DNA of 64,000 nt, taken from Eubacteriales bacterium. GTDB lineage: Bacteria; Bacillota; Clostridia; Oscillospirales; CAG-272. The DNA is taken from positions 135,665 to 199,664 of the forward strand of contig JAZQYP010000065.1 of the NCBI GenBank assembly GCA_045633625.1, given 5' to 3'. Position numbers and translations under genes: made by a program. Shown here one piece after another: positions 1 to 8,202 of this stretch. The notes beneath the pieces are model-generated. The model searched no databases, was not told the origin of the DNA, and saw only the letters and a program-made list of their open reading frames with translations. Every line of letters begins with the position of its first letter. Positions within the stretch are counted from its first letter, which is position 1.

Positions 1-375
1 AAATCTATCAGAATCATTGCTCTTGCAATGGTAGCAGTTATGCTTTGCGCGGTTCTCGCATCCTGCGGCGGACCTTCCGGCACATACGGATCCGATGACT
101 ACTCCCTTACCTTCAAGGGCTCGAAGCTCGTAGTTTCCTACAAGGGACTTACAGAGCAGAAGGAGCTTACAGGTAAGTTTGAGATGGGCAAGGATGACGA
201 AGGCAACAAGACCATTACATTTACAATGGATGAGACTGAGGGCGGCGGATTCCTTGGCGATCTTGGTAACGCAGCTGTAAAGGCACTCTTCGATGGCACA
301 AAGTCCTTCAATTCCGGCAAGGACGACAAGGGCGCTTACATCGAGATAAGCGGAGTAAAATACTACAAGAAGTAA
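1..375 (+). CDS. small exported lipoprotein (5' end probably outside window)
   Basis: The frame is open from base 1 (KSIRIIALA precedes the Met at 28). A hydrophobic leader ends in a lipobox-like LASC-GG. A hairpin terminator follows. No family was recognised. Confidence 0.55.
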   Translation, partial: KSIRIIALAMVAVMLCAVLASCGGPSGTYGSDDYSLTFKGSKLVVSYKGLTEQKELTGKFEMGKDDEGNKTITFTMDETEGGGFLGDLGNAAVKALFDGTKSFNSGKDDKGAYIEISGVKYYKK

Positions 376-386
376 TTACATTAAAA

Positions 387-415
387 AACCACCGAGCTTG
401 CTCGGTGGTTTTTGT
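387..415 (+). terminator. rho-independent terminator
   Basis: aaccaccgag-cttg-ctcggtggtt forms a perfect 10-bp stem followed by tttgtgtt. Confidence 0.8.
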
Positions 416-430
416 GTTAAGATGGTTGTA

Positions 431-468
431 AAAAAGTGCGTTTTGGAGAATAAAACGCACTTTTTGTG
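431..468. terminator. second hairpin flanked by A-run and T-run (bidirectional terminator-like)
   Basis: aaaaagtgcgtttt-ggagaat-aaaacgcacttttt. Confidence 0.5.
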
Positions 469-497
469 TTGCAAAGGCAGAGAGAATGTGATATAAT
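469..497 (+). promoter_or_regulatory. sigma-A type promoter
   Basis: TTGCAA (469-474), 17-nt spacer, TATAAT (492-497), 30 nt upstream of the 528 start. Confidence 0.6.
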
Positions 498-527
498 GTA
501 CATAATGATTTTTTTAGGGGAGAAATA

Positions 528-2075
528 ATGCTCAAACAACTTTTTGACAAATTGAAGGAGGCTGTGTTTGCAGTCCTTCCCGTGACGGTAATAGTGCTGC
601 TTTTGTGCCTTTTCGTCCTCGACGTAAGAGTGGAATTCGTAGTTCTTTTTTTGATAGGAGCTTTGCTTCTCGTTTTTGGAATGACGCTTTTTACACTTGG
701 CGCTGACGTTTCTATGATGAGAATAGGACAGTCGATCGGCTCACATATTACAAAATCGAGAAAGGTAGGCTTTATTGCGATAATTTGTCTTGTTCTCGGT
801 ATAATCGTTACTATTGCCGAGCCCGACCTTCGCGTGCTTGCGGATTCTGTCCCGATAGTTGACAGCACGGTATTTATCCTTGCGGTAGCTATAGGTGTTG
901 GAATATTCCTTGTGATATCCTTTTTCAGAGTCTTCCTTCAGATAAAGCTTTCATACATACTTCTTGCGATGTACGCCATAGTTTTCGTGCTTGCCCTCTC
1001 GCCGCTCATACCCAACGATTTCGTCGCGGCGGCATTTGATTCGGGCGGAGTTACTACAGGTCCTATAACCGTGCCCTTTATTATGGCACTCGGCGTTGGT
1101 CTTGCATCGGTAAGAGGAGACAAAAACTCTGCGGAGGATAGCTTTGGTCTTGTTGCGCTTTGCTCGGTAGGTCCTATACTTACAGTGCTTATTCTCGGCG
1201 CGTTTGGCGATACCTCGGGCGTATCGGCATCGGCGGGCGCTATTACCGAGTATGCCTCTATAACCGAGATAATGCGTGCATATGCTATGGCTTTCCCACA
1301 CTATCTTGAGGAGGTAGCACTCGCGCTTCTTCCGATAATCGTGTTCTTTATTATATTCCAAATATTCTCGCTAAAGCTTGGCAAGATCAGCGTGGTAAGA
1401 ATATTCGTGGGTATGCTTTATACCTACGTGGGACTTGTGCTTTTCCTTACGGGTGTAAACGTCGGATTTATGCCGATGGGTACCTTTATCGGAAAGGCTA
1501 TAGGCGGTAGTGACAGTGCTTGGCTGCTTATCCCAATAGGCGCGCTTATCGGTTGGTTTATAGTTTCGGCAGAGCCTGCGGTGCACGTTCTTCGTCAGCA
1601 GGTTGAGGACGTTACCGAGGGAGCAGTAAAGGGAAAGGCTGTCGGTATGGCGCTTGCGATAGGAGTCGCAGTTTCGGTAGGTCTTGCTATGCTACGAGTG
1701 ATCACGGGTATTTCGATATGGTACATCATTATTCCGGGATATCTTTTCTCTCTTGTAATGACATTCTTCGTGCCGCCGTTGTTTACTGCAATAGCCTTTG
1801 ACTCGGGCGGAGTTGCGTCGGGTCCTATGACGGCTACCTTCCTTTTGCCGATGGCACTCGGTGCGTGTGAGGCGGCAGGCGGAAATCTTCTGACCGATGC
1901 CTTCGGACTCGTGGCGTTCGTTGCCATGACGCCTCTCGTTACCATACAGCTTCTTGGTCTTGTAAGCAAGATAAAGGCTATCCGTCAGAGTCGTGTGCTC
2001 ACACTCGATATCCCGCTTTCCGACGATATTGTCGACTTCGATGTTTTTTGTGAGGAGGTAAAAGAAAATGAGTAA
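528..2075 (+). CDS. DUF1538-like polytopic membrane protein (internally duplicated)
   Basis: 515 aa and very hydrophobic. Two homologous halves each carry AFDSGGV(T/A)(T/S)GP (nt ~1027 and ~1789). RBS is ggggag. The family name is from memory of this motif and of the adjacent P-II-like gene. Confidence 0.7.
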   Translation: MLKQLFDKLKEAVFAVLPVTVIVLLLCLFVLDVRVEFVVLFLIGALLLVFGMTLFTLGADVSMMRIGQSIGSHITKSRKVGFIAIICLVLGIIVTIAEPDLRVLADSVPIVDSTVFILAVAIGVGIFLVISFFRVFLQIKLSYILLAMYAIVFVLALSPLIPNDFVAAAFDSGGVTTGPITVPFIMALGVGLASVRGDKNSAEDSFGLVALCSVGPILTVLILGAFGDTSGVSASAGAITEYASITEIMRAYAMAFPHYLEEVALALLPIIVFFIIFQIFSLKLGKISVVRIFVGMLYTYVGLVLFLTGVNVGFMPMGTFIGKAIGGSDSAWLLIPIGALIGWFIVSAEPAVHVLRQQVEDVTEGAVKGKAVGMALAIGVAVSVGLAMLRVITGISIWYIIIPGYLFSLVMTFFVPPLFTAIAFDSGGVASGPMTATFLLPMALGACEAAGGNLLTDAFGLVAFVAMTPLVTIQLLGLVSKIKAIRQSRVLTLDIPLSDDIVDFDVFCEEVKENE

Positions 2076-2769
2076 TATGAGAATACTGTTTTCTATCGTT
2101 GACTACAGCCGCGGAGAAGAGCTTTTGTCTCTTTACCGTTCTGCAAAGCTGCCCGTGTTTTTCTCAACTCACGGTCACGGCTGTGCCGATACTTCGATCT
2201 TTGAATATCTTGGATTTGGAGAAAATAAAAAGAGCATTGCGATATGCGCGCTTAGCGACGAAAGAGCAAAATATATCTTCAGTCTTGCCGAGGAAAGGCT
2301 CAACATAAGCCGCCCGGGTAAGGGAATTATCTTTACCGTTCCGACGAGCAGCGCAACGGCATTCCTCGCAGGACTTGTTGACAGAGACGACCAAAGCCAG
2401 CCGAAGATAACTGTAAATAAGGAGAAAAATGAAAATATGACTGACTATAAATACGAGCTTATCATAACGATAATAACGAGTGGCTATTCCTCGCAGGTAA
2501 AGGATGCCGCAGTTGCCGCAGGTGCAAGAGGCGGAACGCTTATTCATGCACTTGGTCTCGGCGGTGAGGAGGCTAAAAAATTCCTTGGCATCGCTATCCA
2601 GCCCGAAAAAGAGATCGTTCTCAACGTCGTTAAGCGAGAGGAAAAGGCGGCTGTAATGAAAGCCATTGCTGAGGCTGCGGGAATAAATACGGAGGGCAGG
2701 GGAATCATCTTCTCCTTGCCTGTAGACGAGGCAATGGGACTTAGCGGAGTCTCAAAACAGGAAAATTAA
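2068..2769 (+). CDS. tandem P-II-like (two-domain) signal-transduction protein
   Basis: 233 aa in two ~100-aa halves with a P-II-like pattern (MRILFSIVD... and YELIITIITSGY...GGTLIHALGLGG). GAGGAGG RBS lies 9 nt upstream. The start overlaps the upstream stop by 8 nt. Confidence 0.6.
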   Translation: MSNMRILFSIVDYSRGEELLSLYRSAKLPVFFSTHGHGCADTSIFEYLGFGENKKSIAICALSDERAKYIFSLAEERLNISRPGKGIIFTVPTSSATAFLAGLVDRDDQSQPKITVNKEKNENMTDYKYELIITIITSGYSSQVKDAAVAAGARGGTLIHALGLGGEEAKKFLGIAIQPEKEIVLNVVKREEKAAVMKAIAEAAGINTEGRGIIFSLPVDEAMGLSGVSKQEN

Positions 2770-2806
2770 GCAAAAAGACGAATATATTTGGTAATTGTCT
2801 ACAATT

Positions 2807-2845
2807 AATCCCCCCATTTTTCGTACAAAATGGGGGATTGGTTTA
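2807..2845 (+). terminator. rho-independent terminator
   Basis: aatccccccatttt-tcgtac-aaaatgggggatt followed by ggttt. Confidence 0.7.
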
Positions 2846-2847
2846 AC

Positions 2848-2876
2848 TTGACAAGATAAATCGTTTATGTTAAAAT
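2848..2876 (+). promoter_or_regulatory. sigma-A type promoter
   Basis: TTGACA, 17-nt spacer, TAAAAT. A 5'-UTR hairpin lies at ~2893-2915. Confidence 0.6.
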
Positions 2877-2941
2877 TATCGTAGGGATATAGTGTACCTG
2901 CAAATCAGGTGCACCAAAAATTATGAAAAGAGGTTTTTGTT

Positions 2942-4117
2942 ATGAAAAAAGTAATTTCCCTTATGATTTGCGTAATGCTCGTTCTTAGCATGGCTGTTGC
3001 CGTTTCTGCTGAAGATAAGCTCGACGCAAGATTCCTTGAGGACAAGGGTCAGCAGATCTTCTGTCTTGGTGACGAGATCGCTACCGCTCCCATCATCGAC
3101 GGTGCTATCCAGGAAAATGAGTACACCGTTAAGGTTGAGACAACCATGGATCAGTACGGTAGATTCAATGCTCCTACTGGTGGTACTTGGGCAGTTGAGT
3201 GGGTTAACTACTACCTCGCTTACGATGCAGAGTGCCTCTACCTCGCAGCAGAGGTTTATGACCCCGACCACGTTCCCTTTGGAACATTCGAGGCAAACAG
3301 AAAGAGAGGCGACCAGTTCTGCATGTACCTCGGCGGTATGAAGAACACAGGTGACCCCGAGGGTATCGCTTCCACACTCGCATTCCGTTTCTTCGACGGT
3401 AACCTTCCCGACACAGGCGTTGAGGGTGAGGACTGGTTCGAGTGCCAGGACGAGGAGAAGGACTTCTTCGGTTCCGTTGTTTCCGGTGAGTACTATGACG
3501 TTAACACCGCAACAAAGGATCGTAAGGTTGACCACAGCGATGAGACCAACGTAACTACATACGAGGTTGCAGTTAAGTGGGACTTCATCAAGGGCGTATG
3601 GCCTCACGTTGAGAACAAGCAGTATGAGTACCTCACCTTCGGTGCGGTTATTCAGGACTCCTCCATGGAGCTTATGGAGGCTGGCGACATGGGTCACAGA
3701 ACAGGTATCAGAAACTGGGGTATCACCGGTCAGGTTGCTGATGAGGTTTACGACGTTCTCGTAGAGCAGTACTCCAGCGTTGCGTTCTTCGGTCAGCAGA
3801 ACGAGAGAACCATTCCTAACATGATCTACCTTGGAACAAGAGACGAGTACGAGGCATTCAAGGCTGAGATGCTTTCTCTTGAGACAGAGCCTGAGGAGAC
3901 AGAGCCTGCTGAGACAGAGCCCGCTGAGACAGAGCCTGCTGAGACAGAGCCTGCTGAGACAGAGCCCGCAGCGACAGAGCCTGCTGAGACAACTCCTGTT
4001 GAGTCTGAGACAGAGCCCGCTAAGGAAGGCGGATGCGGCGCTTCCGTTGCAGCACTTGCAGTAGCACTTGTTGCAGTTCTCGGAACCTGCACAGCATTCA
4101 TCTCCAAGAAGAGATAA
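2942..4117 (+). CDS. exported protein: CBM9-like module + (ETEPA)n linker + C-terminal TM anchor
   Basis: Sec signal peptide (MKKVISLMICVMLVLSMAVAVSA/ED). A ~290-aa module is paralogous to residues ~293-565 of the 54301 protein. An acidic tandem repeat follows, then GGCGAS + a 20-aa hydrophobic helix + KKR at the extreme C-terminus. Confidence 0.75.
   Translation: MKKVISLMICVMLVLSMAVAVSAEDKLDARFLEDKGQQIFCLGDEIATAPIIDGAIQENEYTVKVETTMDQYGRFNAPTGGTWAVEWVNYYLAYDAECLYLAAEVYDPDHVPFGTFEANRKRGDQFCMYLGGMKNTGDPEGIASTLAFRFFDGNLPDTGVEGEDWFECQDEEKDFFGSVVSGEYYDVNTATKDRKVDHSDETNVTTYEVAVKWDFIKGVWPHVENKQYEYLTFGAVIQDSSMELMEAGDMGHRTGIRNWGITGQVADEVYDVLVEQYSSVAFFGQQNERTIPNMIYLGTRDEYEAFKAEMLSLETEPEETEPAETEPAETEPAETEPAETEPAATEPAETTPVESETEPAKEGGCGASVAALAVALVAVLGTCTAFISKKR
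3881..4021 (+). repeat. 15-bp in-frame tandem repeat (~9 units, gagacagagcc[tc]gct = ETEPA)
   Basis: Direct reading: units start at 3881, 3896, 3911, 3926, 3941, 3956, 3971, 3986, with a degenerate tail to 4021. Confidence 0.95.
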
Positions 4118-4127
4118 TTTGCTTTAA

Positions 4128-4167
4128 TAAAAATCGAGGGTGTCGCATTTGCGACACCCTCTTTTTC
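4128..4167. terminator. bidirectional rho-independent terminator
   Basis: gagggtgtcgc-attt-gcgacaccctc (11-bp stem) with an A-run upstream and a T-run downstream. It lies between convergent genes. Confidence 0.85.
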
Positions 4168-4168
4168 G

Positions 4169-4351
4169 TTACTTTGTCTGCATCTTGTTCTCGTAGGACT
4201 CGATCATCTTCTTGACCATCTGACCGCCGATAGAGCCAGCCTGACGGGCTGTGAGGTCACCGTTGTAACCCTGGTTGAGATTTACGCCTACTTCGCTTGC
4301 AGCCTCCATCTTGAACTGCTCAAGCGCCTTTTTTGCTGCCTTGTTTGCCAT
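4169..4351 (-). CDS. alpha/beta-type small acid-soluble spore protein
   Basis: 60 aa: MANKAAKKALEQFKMEAASEVGV...LTARQAGSIGGQMVKKMIE, the typical alpha/beta SASP signature. GGAG RBS is present. The ORF-track Met at 4423 is rejected in favour of MANK. Confidence 0.9.
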   Translation of the reverse strand: MANKAAKKALEQFKMEAASEVGVNLNQGYNGDLTARQAGSIGGQMVKKMIESYENKMQTK

Positions 4352-4626
4352 AATATTTTCTCCGTTCCGCCTCGTGTGAGGCTTTCTGCATTTGATAAAT
4401 TTTCGCTTTTCAAACAGATACATTCGGTCTTACACCGTAAGACACAACGCATCTCTTTGACCTTATCTATATTCATCGAGCGCTCTCTCTTGCGCTCTGT
4501 TATTATTGTTCGCAGAAATGCATCAAATATTAACGGCAAAATAAGCCTATTTTATGACAGATTGTGGTGATTTACTTCGTTATTATGCGTTTGCGTAAAT
4601 CACAATGTATTGTGCAGATAATACTA

Positions 4627-4655
4627 TTGTATTTTGCCTTTTCTGCAAGTATAAT
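4627..4655 (+). promoter_or_regulatory. candidate sigma-A promoter for the first SBP-like gene
   Basis: TTGTAT, 17-nt spacer, TATAAT. It would give a ~125-nt leader. Confidence 0.4.
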
Positions 4656-4785
4656 TATAACAGTGACAATAAAAAATCGAATTATACAGAAAAATATCGT
4701 TTAGTTACTTGTTCTTTTTGATCAAAGATGGTACAATTAAATAGTTTTATTAAAAAAACAAAAAATCATATTTACGGAGGGAAAA

Positions 4786-6273
4786 ATGAAAATAACTCTA
4801 AGAATTTTGTCGCTCTTCCTTGCGCTGGTTATGCTTTCATCCTGCTTTGTAGCATGTAATAACGAAAGCACACCGGAGGAAAAGGAAACAGAGGCTAGCG
4901 TTGCAGATACGACCGAAGCGGTAGATGATGGCTCGCTTGAGGTTATTGATTGGGGTGGTGAGCTCTACACGATCCTTGGACGTGATGGCGGTGCTGCCAG
5001 CCAGTTTACAAACTTTGAGGTTGGCTACGATGAGCTTCCCTTTGACGTTGTTGGACAGGCTGTATACAAGAGAAACGAGGCTCTTAAGAACAAGTATAAT
5101 TTCAGAGTAGTGCAGAATCTTGTCAGCGACACAAATTCGACGGCACAGGTAGCATACGAGTCAGGAGACGATCTTTACGATCTCGTTATCTACCGTCCCG
5201 CAGCAGTACAGGCACACGCACAGAGTGGATATCTTCTCAATATTGCTGACCTTGAGCACGTAAATCTTGAGCACGATAGCTGGTATCAGGACGTTAATGC
5301 AGAGCTTACCATCGCTGATAAGCTCTACTACACGACCAACGATTTTCTCCTTCAGGATAAGCACAGATTCTGGTACTGCTTCTATAACAGAGGACTTGCA
5401 CAGGATCTCGGACTTGGATACTTCGAGGATATGGTCGATAACAACACCTGGACTCTCGAGAATGTGACCAAGCTCGTAAAGCAGGGATATGCAGATATAG
5501 ACAGTGAGGTCGGAGTATCTCAGGGCGACCGCTACGGACTTGCGTTTGGTGGCTATTTTACCTTTACCGTATTTGCGTTCAGCGCAGGCTTCCGTGTAAC
5601 CGAGAAGGATAACAACAACCTGCCTCAGCTCGTTGGAGCAACAGATAAGGCGATCAACACTCTCGATGCCGTTTTTGGCTTGACAGAGAGCACGGGAACC
5701 TGGGCACGTGCCAAGCATAACGTTACGACCGACGACGGACACGAGGAGGTAATGTTCAAGCGCGGGCAGGTAGTGCTTCTTCAGGCATTCACATCCTTTA
5801 TTGATTTCTTCCTTATGGACGACACGGGTATAGCGTACGGTGCACTTCCTAACCCCAAATTCGATTCGGATCAGGAAAATTATTACGTATTCCCGAACGT
5901 AGATTTCGGAAGCTTCCTTGCGGTTCCTTACACCGTTGGCGACGAGGAATTTGCAGGATATGCTCTCGAGGCGATCACAGAGGAGTCGACTGACACCTCC
6001 TACACTGCTTACATCGACACAAAGTGTAAATACCAGGATGCTTACGACGAGGACTGCGCAAGAATGCTCGACCTCTGCTTTAGCAGCTGTACATACGACA
6101 TAGGAAGCTTCTGCAACTTCGGCGGACTTTATGCGTCGCTCCACACGGGTGGAAACACTCAGTACGGTCTCGCAGGACTTGGTAGTGCAAACTTCTATAA
6201 GAGATATTTTGATACGTACAAGAAGGCGGCACAGTCTGACATCGACGAGCTGATCGAAAGCTATAGCAAATAA
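4786..6273 (+). CDS. SBP-like lipoprotein, paralogue 1 (LplA-type family-1 solute-binding protein fold inferred)
   Basis: 495 aa. Signal peptide + lipobox (LSSCFVAC). It is collinear with the next three ORFs. Motifs: WGGELYTILGRDG, DVVGQAVYKRNE. RBS is ggaggg. Confidence 0.7.
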   Translation: MKITLRILSLFLALVMLSSCFVACNNESTPEEKETEASVADTTEAVDDGSLEVIDWGGELYTILGRDGGAASQFTNFEVGYDELPFDVVGQAVYKRNEALKNKYNFRVVQNLVSDTNSTAQVAYESGDDLYDLVIYRPAAVQAHAQSGYLLNIADLEHVNLEHDSWYQDVNAELTIADKLYYTTNDFLLQDKHRFWYCFYNRGLAQDLGLGYFEDMVDNNTWTLENVTKLVKQGYADIDSEVGVSQGDRYGLAFGGYFTFTVFAFSAGFRVTEKDNNNLPQLVGATDKAINTLDAVFGLTESTGTWARAKHNVTTDDGHEEVMFKRGQVVLLQAFTSFIDFFLMDDTGIAYGALPNPKFDSDQENYYVFPNVDFGSFLAVPYTVGDEEFAGYALEAITEESTDTSYTAYIDTKCKYQDAYDEDCARMLDLCFSSCTYDIGSFCNFGGLYASLHTGGNTQYGLAGLGSANFYKRYFDTYKKAAQSDIDELIESYSK

Positions 6274-6288
6274 AATTCTTCACCACTT

Positions 6289-6321
6289 GGGGCACTTCCT
6301 CGGAAGTGCCCCTTTTGTTTT
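6289..6321 (+). terminator. rho-independent terminator
   Basis: ggggcacttcc..ggaagtgcccc followed by ttttgtttt. Confidence 0.85.
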
Positions 6322-6460
6322 GCTCAAAATGTGAAGAAGGGAACCGAAAACCAAAAATGAGCCCCGAAAAATTTTCGTAATTAATCACTTTTGTTCTTGA
6401 CATTATGAGTCGCGTGTGGTAAAATTATACTCGGTAAATTTTATATTTATGGAGGAAAAA

Positions 6461-7963
6461 ATGAAAACAACAGTAAGAATTTTGTCGCTTTTGCTTGCTC
6501 TTGTTATGCTCGCTTCTTGTTTTATAGCTTGTAATAACAATAGCACGCCCAACGATAAGGAATCTGATACTGACGTTGCAGGTACTACAGGCTCCGACGT
6601 GCAGGGGGATGACGGCTCTCTCGAGGTCATCGACTGGGGTGGAGAGCTCTACACAGTTCTCGGACGTGACGGCGGTGGTGCCACCCAGTTTACAAGCTTT
6701 GAGGTAGGTTACGATGAGCTTCCTTTCGACGTTGTAGGTCAGGCAGTCTACAAGAGAAATGAGGACATCAAGAACAAGTATAACTTTAAGGTTGTACAGA
6801 ATCTTGTAAGCGAGACGAGCTCGACGGCTCAGATCGCGTACGAGTCGGGAGACGATCTTTATGATCTCGTTATCTATCGTCCTAATATGGTTCAGTCTCA
6901 CGCACAGAGTGGATACCTTCTTAACATTGCAGACCTTGATTACGTAAATCTTGAGCATGACAGCTGGTATCAGGACGTAAACGCAGAGCTCACCATTGGT
7001 GACAAGCTCTACTACACGACAAACGATTTCCTTCTTCAGGATAAGCATCGTTTCTGGTACTGCTTCTATAACAGAGGACTTGCTGCTGACCTTAATCTCG
7101 GATATTTCGAGGATATGGTTGACAACAATACTTGGACTATAGAAAACGTAACCAAGCTTATTAAAGACGGTTATGCTGACGTTGACGCAACCGTGGGCAG
7201 ATCCAACGGAGACCGTTACGGTCTTGCATACCAGGAGTACTTCACCTTCCCCGTATTTGCATTTAGTGCAGGCTTCCGTATAACTGAGAAGGACAACAAC
7301 AACTATCCTCAGCTCGTTGGTGCTACTGATAAGGCCATCAATACTCTTGATGCAGTGTTCGGTCTTATGAATAACAACGGAACCTGGGCTCAGCAGAAGG
7401 AGGATCCTTCCTTTAGTGATAGTAACGGACATCCCGAGGTTATGTTTAAGCGCGGACAGGTAGTGCTTCTTCAGGCATTCACATCCTTTATCGACTTCTT
7501 CCTTGCGGATGACACAGGAATCGCATACGGTGCACTTCCTAACCCCAAGCTTGACGCTGAGCAGGAGAACTATCACGTATTCCCGAACGTTGGAAACGGA
7601 TGCTTCCTTGCAGTTCCTTATACAGTAGGTGACGAAGAGTTCGCAGGCTACGCACTCGAGGCTATCACAGAGGAGTCTACCGACACATCCTACACCGCAT
7701 ATATCGATACCAAGTGTAAGTATCAGGATGCATACGATGAGGACTGTGCAAGAATGCTTGACCTTTGCTTCAGTAGCTGTACTTACGATATAGGTACGTT
7801 CTGCGACTTTGGCGGTCTTTATTCTGCTCTCTATAGTGGAGGACAGAAGAATGGCGGTCTTGCAGGTCTTGGTAATGCAAGCTTCTATAAGAGATATTTC
7901 GATACTTATAAGAAGGCAGCACAGGCGGAAATTGACGAGCTTATTGAGGCATACGCAGAATAA
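6461..7963 (+). CDS. SBP-like lipoprotein, paralogue 2
   Basis: 500 aa starting at MKTTVRILS (GGAGG lies 5 nt upstream; the ORF-track start at 6416 is rejected). Lipobox is LASCFIAC. TTGACA-17-TAAAAT lies upstream at ~6397-6425. Confidence 0.7.
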   Translation: MKTTVRILSLLLALVMLASCFIACNNNSTPNDKESDTDVAGTTGSDVQGDDGSLEVIDWGGELYTVLGRDGGGATQFTSFEVGYDELPFDVVGQAVYKRNEDIKNKYNFKVVQNLVSETSSTAQIAYESGDDLYDLVIYRPNMVQSHAQSGYLLNIADLDYVNLEHDSWYQDVNAELTIGDKLYYTTNDFLLQDKHRFWYCFYNRGLAADLNLGYFEDMVDNNTWTIENVTKLIKDGYADVDATVGRSNGDRYGLAYQEYFTFPVFAFSAGFRITEKDNNNYPQLVGATDKAINTLDAVFGLMNNNGTWAQQKEDPSFSDSNGHPEVMFKRGQVVLLQAFTSFIDFFLADDTGIAYGALPNPKLDAEQENYHVFPNVGNGCFLAVPYTVGDEEFAGYALEAITEESTDTSYTAYIDTKCKYQDAYDEDCARMLDLCFSSCTYDIGTFCDFGGLYSALYSGGQKNGGLAGLGNASFYKRYFDTYKKAAQAEIDELIEAYAE

Positions 7964-7977
7964 TCATATTAACATTT

Positions 7978-8005
7978 GGGCGCTCCCTACGGGGCGCCCT
8001 TTTTA
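7978..8005 (+). terminator. rho-independent terminator
   Basis: gggcgctccc-tac-ggggcgccc followed by ttttt. It is homologous to the terminator at 9705. Confidence 0.85.
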
Positions 8006-8202
8006 ATTGCGCTATTTTGTGATTTTGGCAATATCAATTAGAGCTTTGTTTAGTGATAGTCATCAAGTCTTGGTTCGTTTTGCAACAATTCAAATTGTGG
8101 CTTTTGTGATAAATAGACAAAAAACTTTGTGTAATTTATACATTGAAAAAAAGAATCAACTGTCGTATAATATATTTATAATTAGGTTTAATGGAGGAAA
8201 AT

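Noticed and set aside
3881-4021. Regular 15-bp repeats considered as a CRISPR-like or minisatellite array
   Set aside because: The period is far too short and there are no spacers. The repeat is in frame inside a CDS, encoding an ETEPA linker.
4288-4570. Small ORFs (83 and 64 aa) upstream of the SASP gene
   Set aside because: They overlap the SASP 5' region and promoter, have no RBS, and are not supported by composition.
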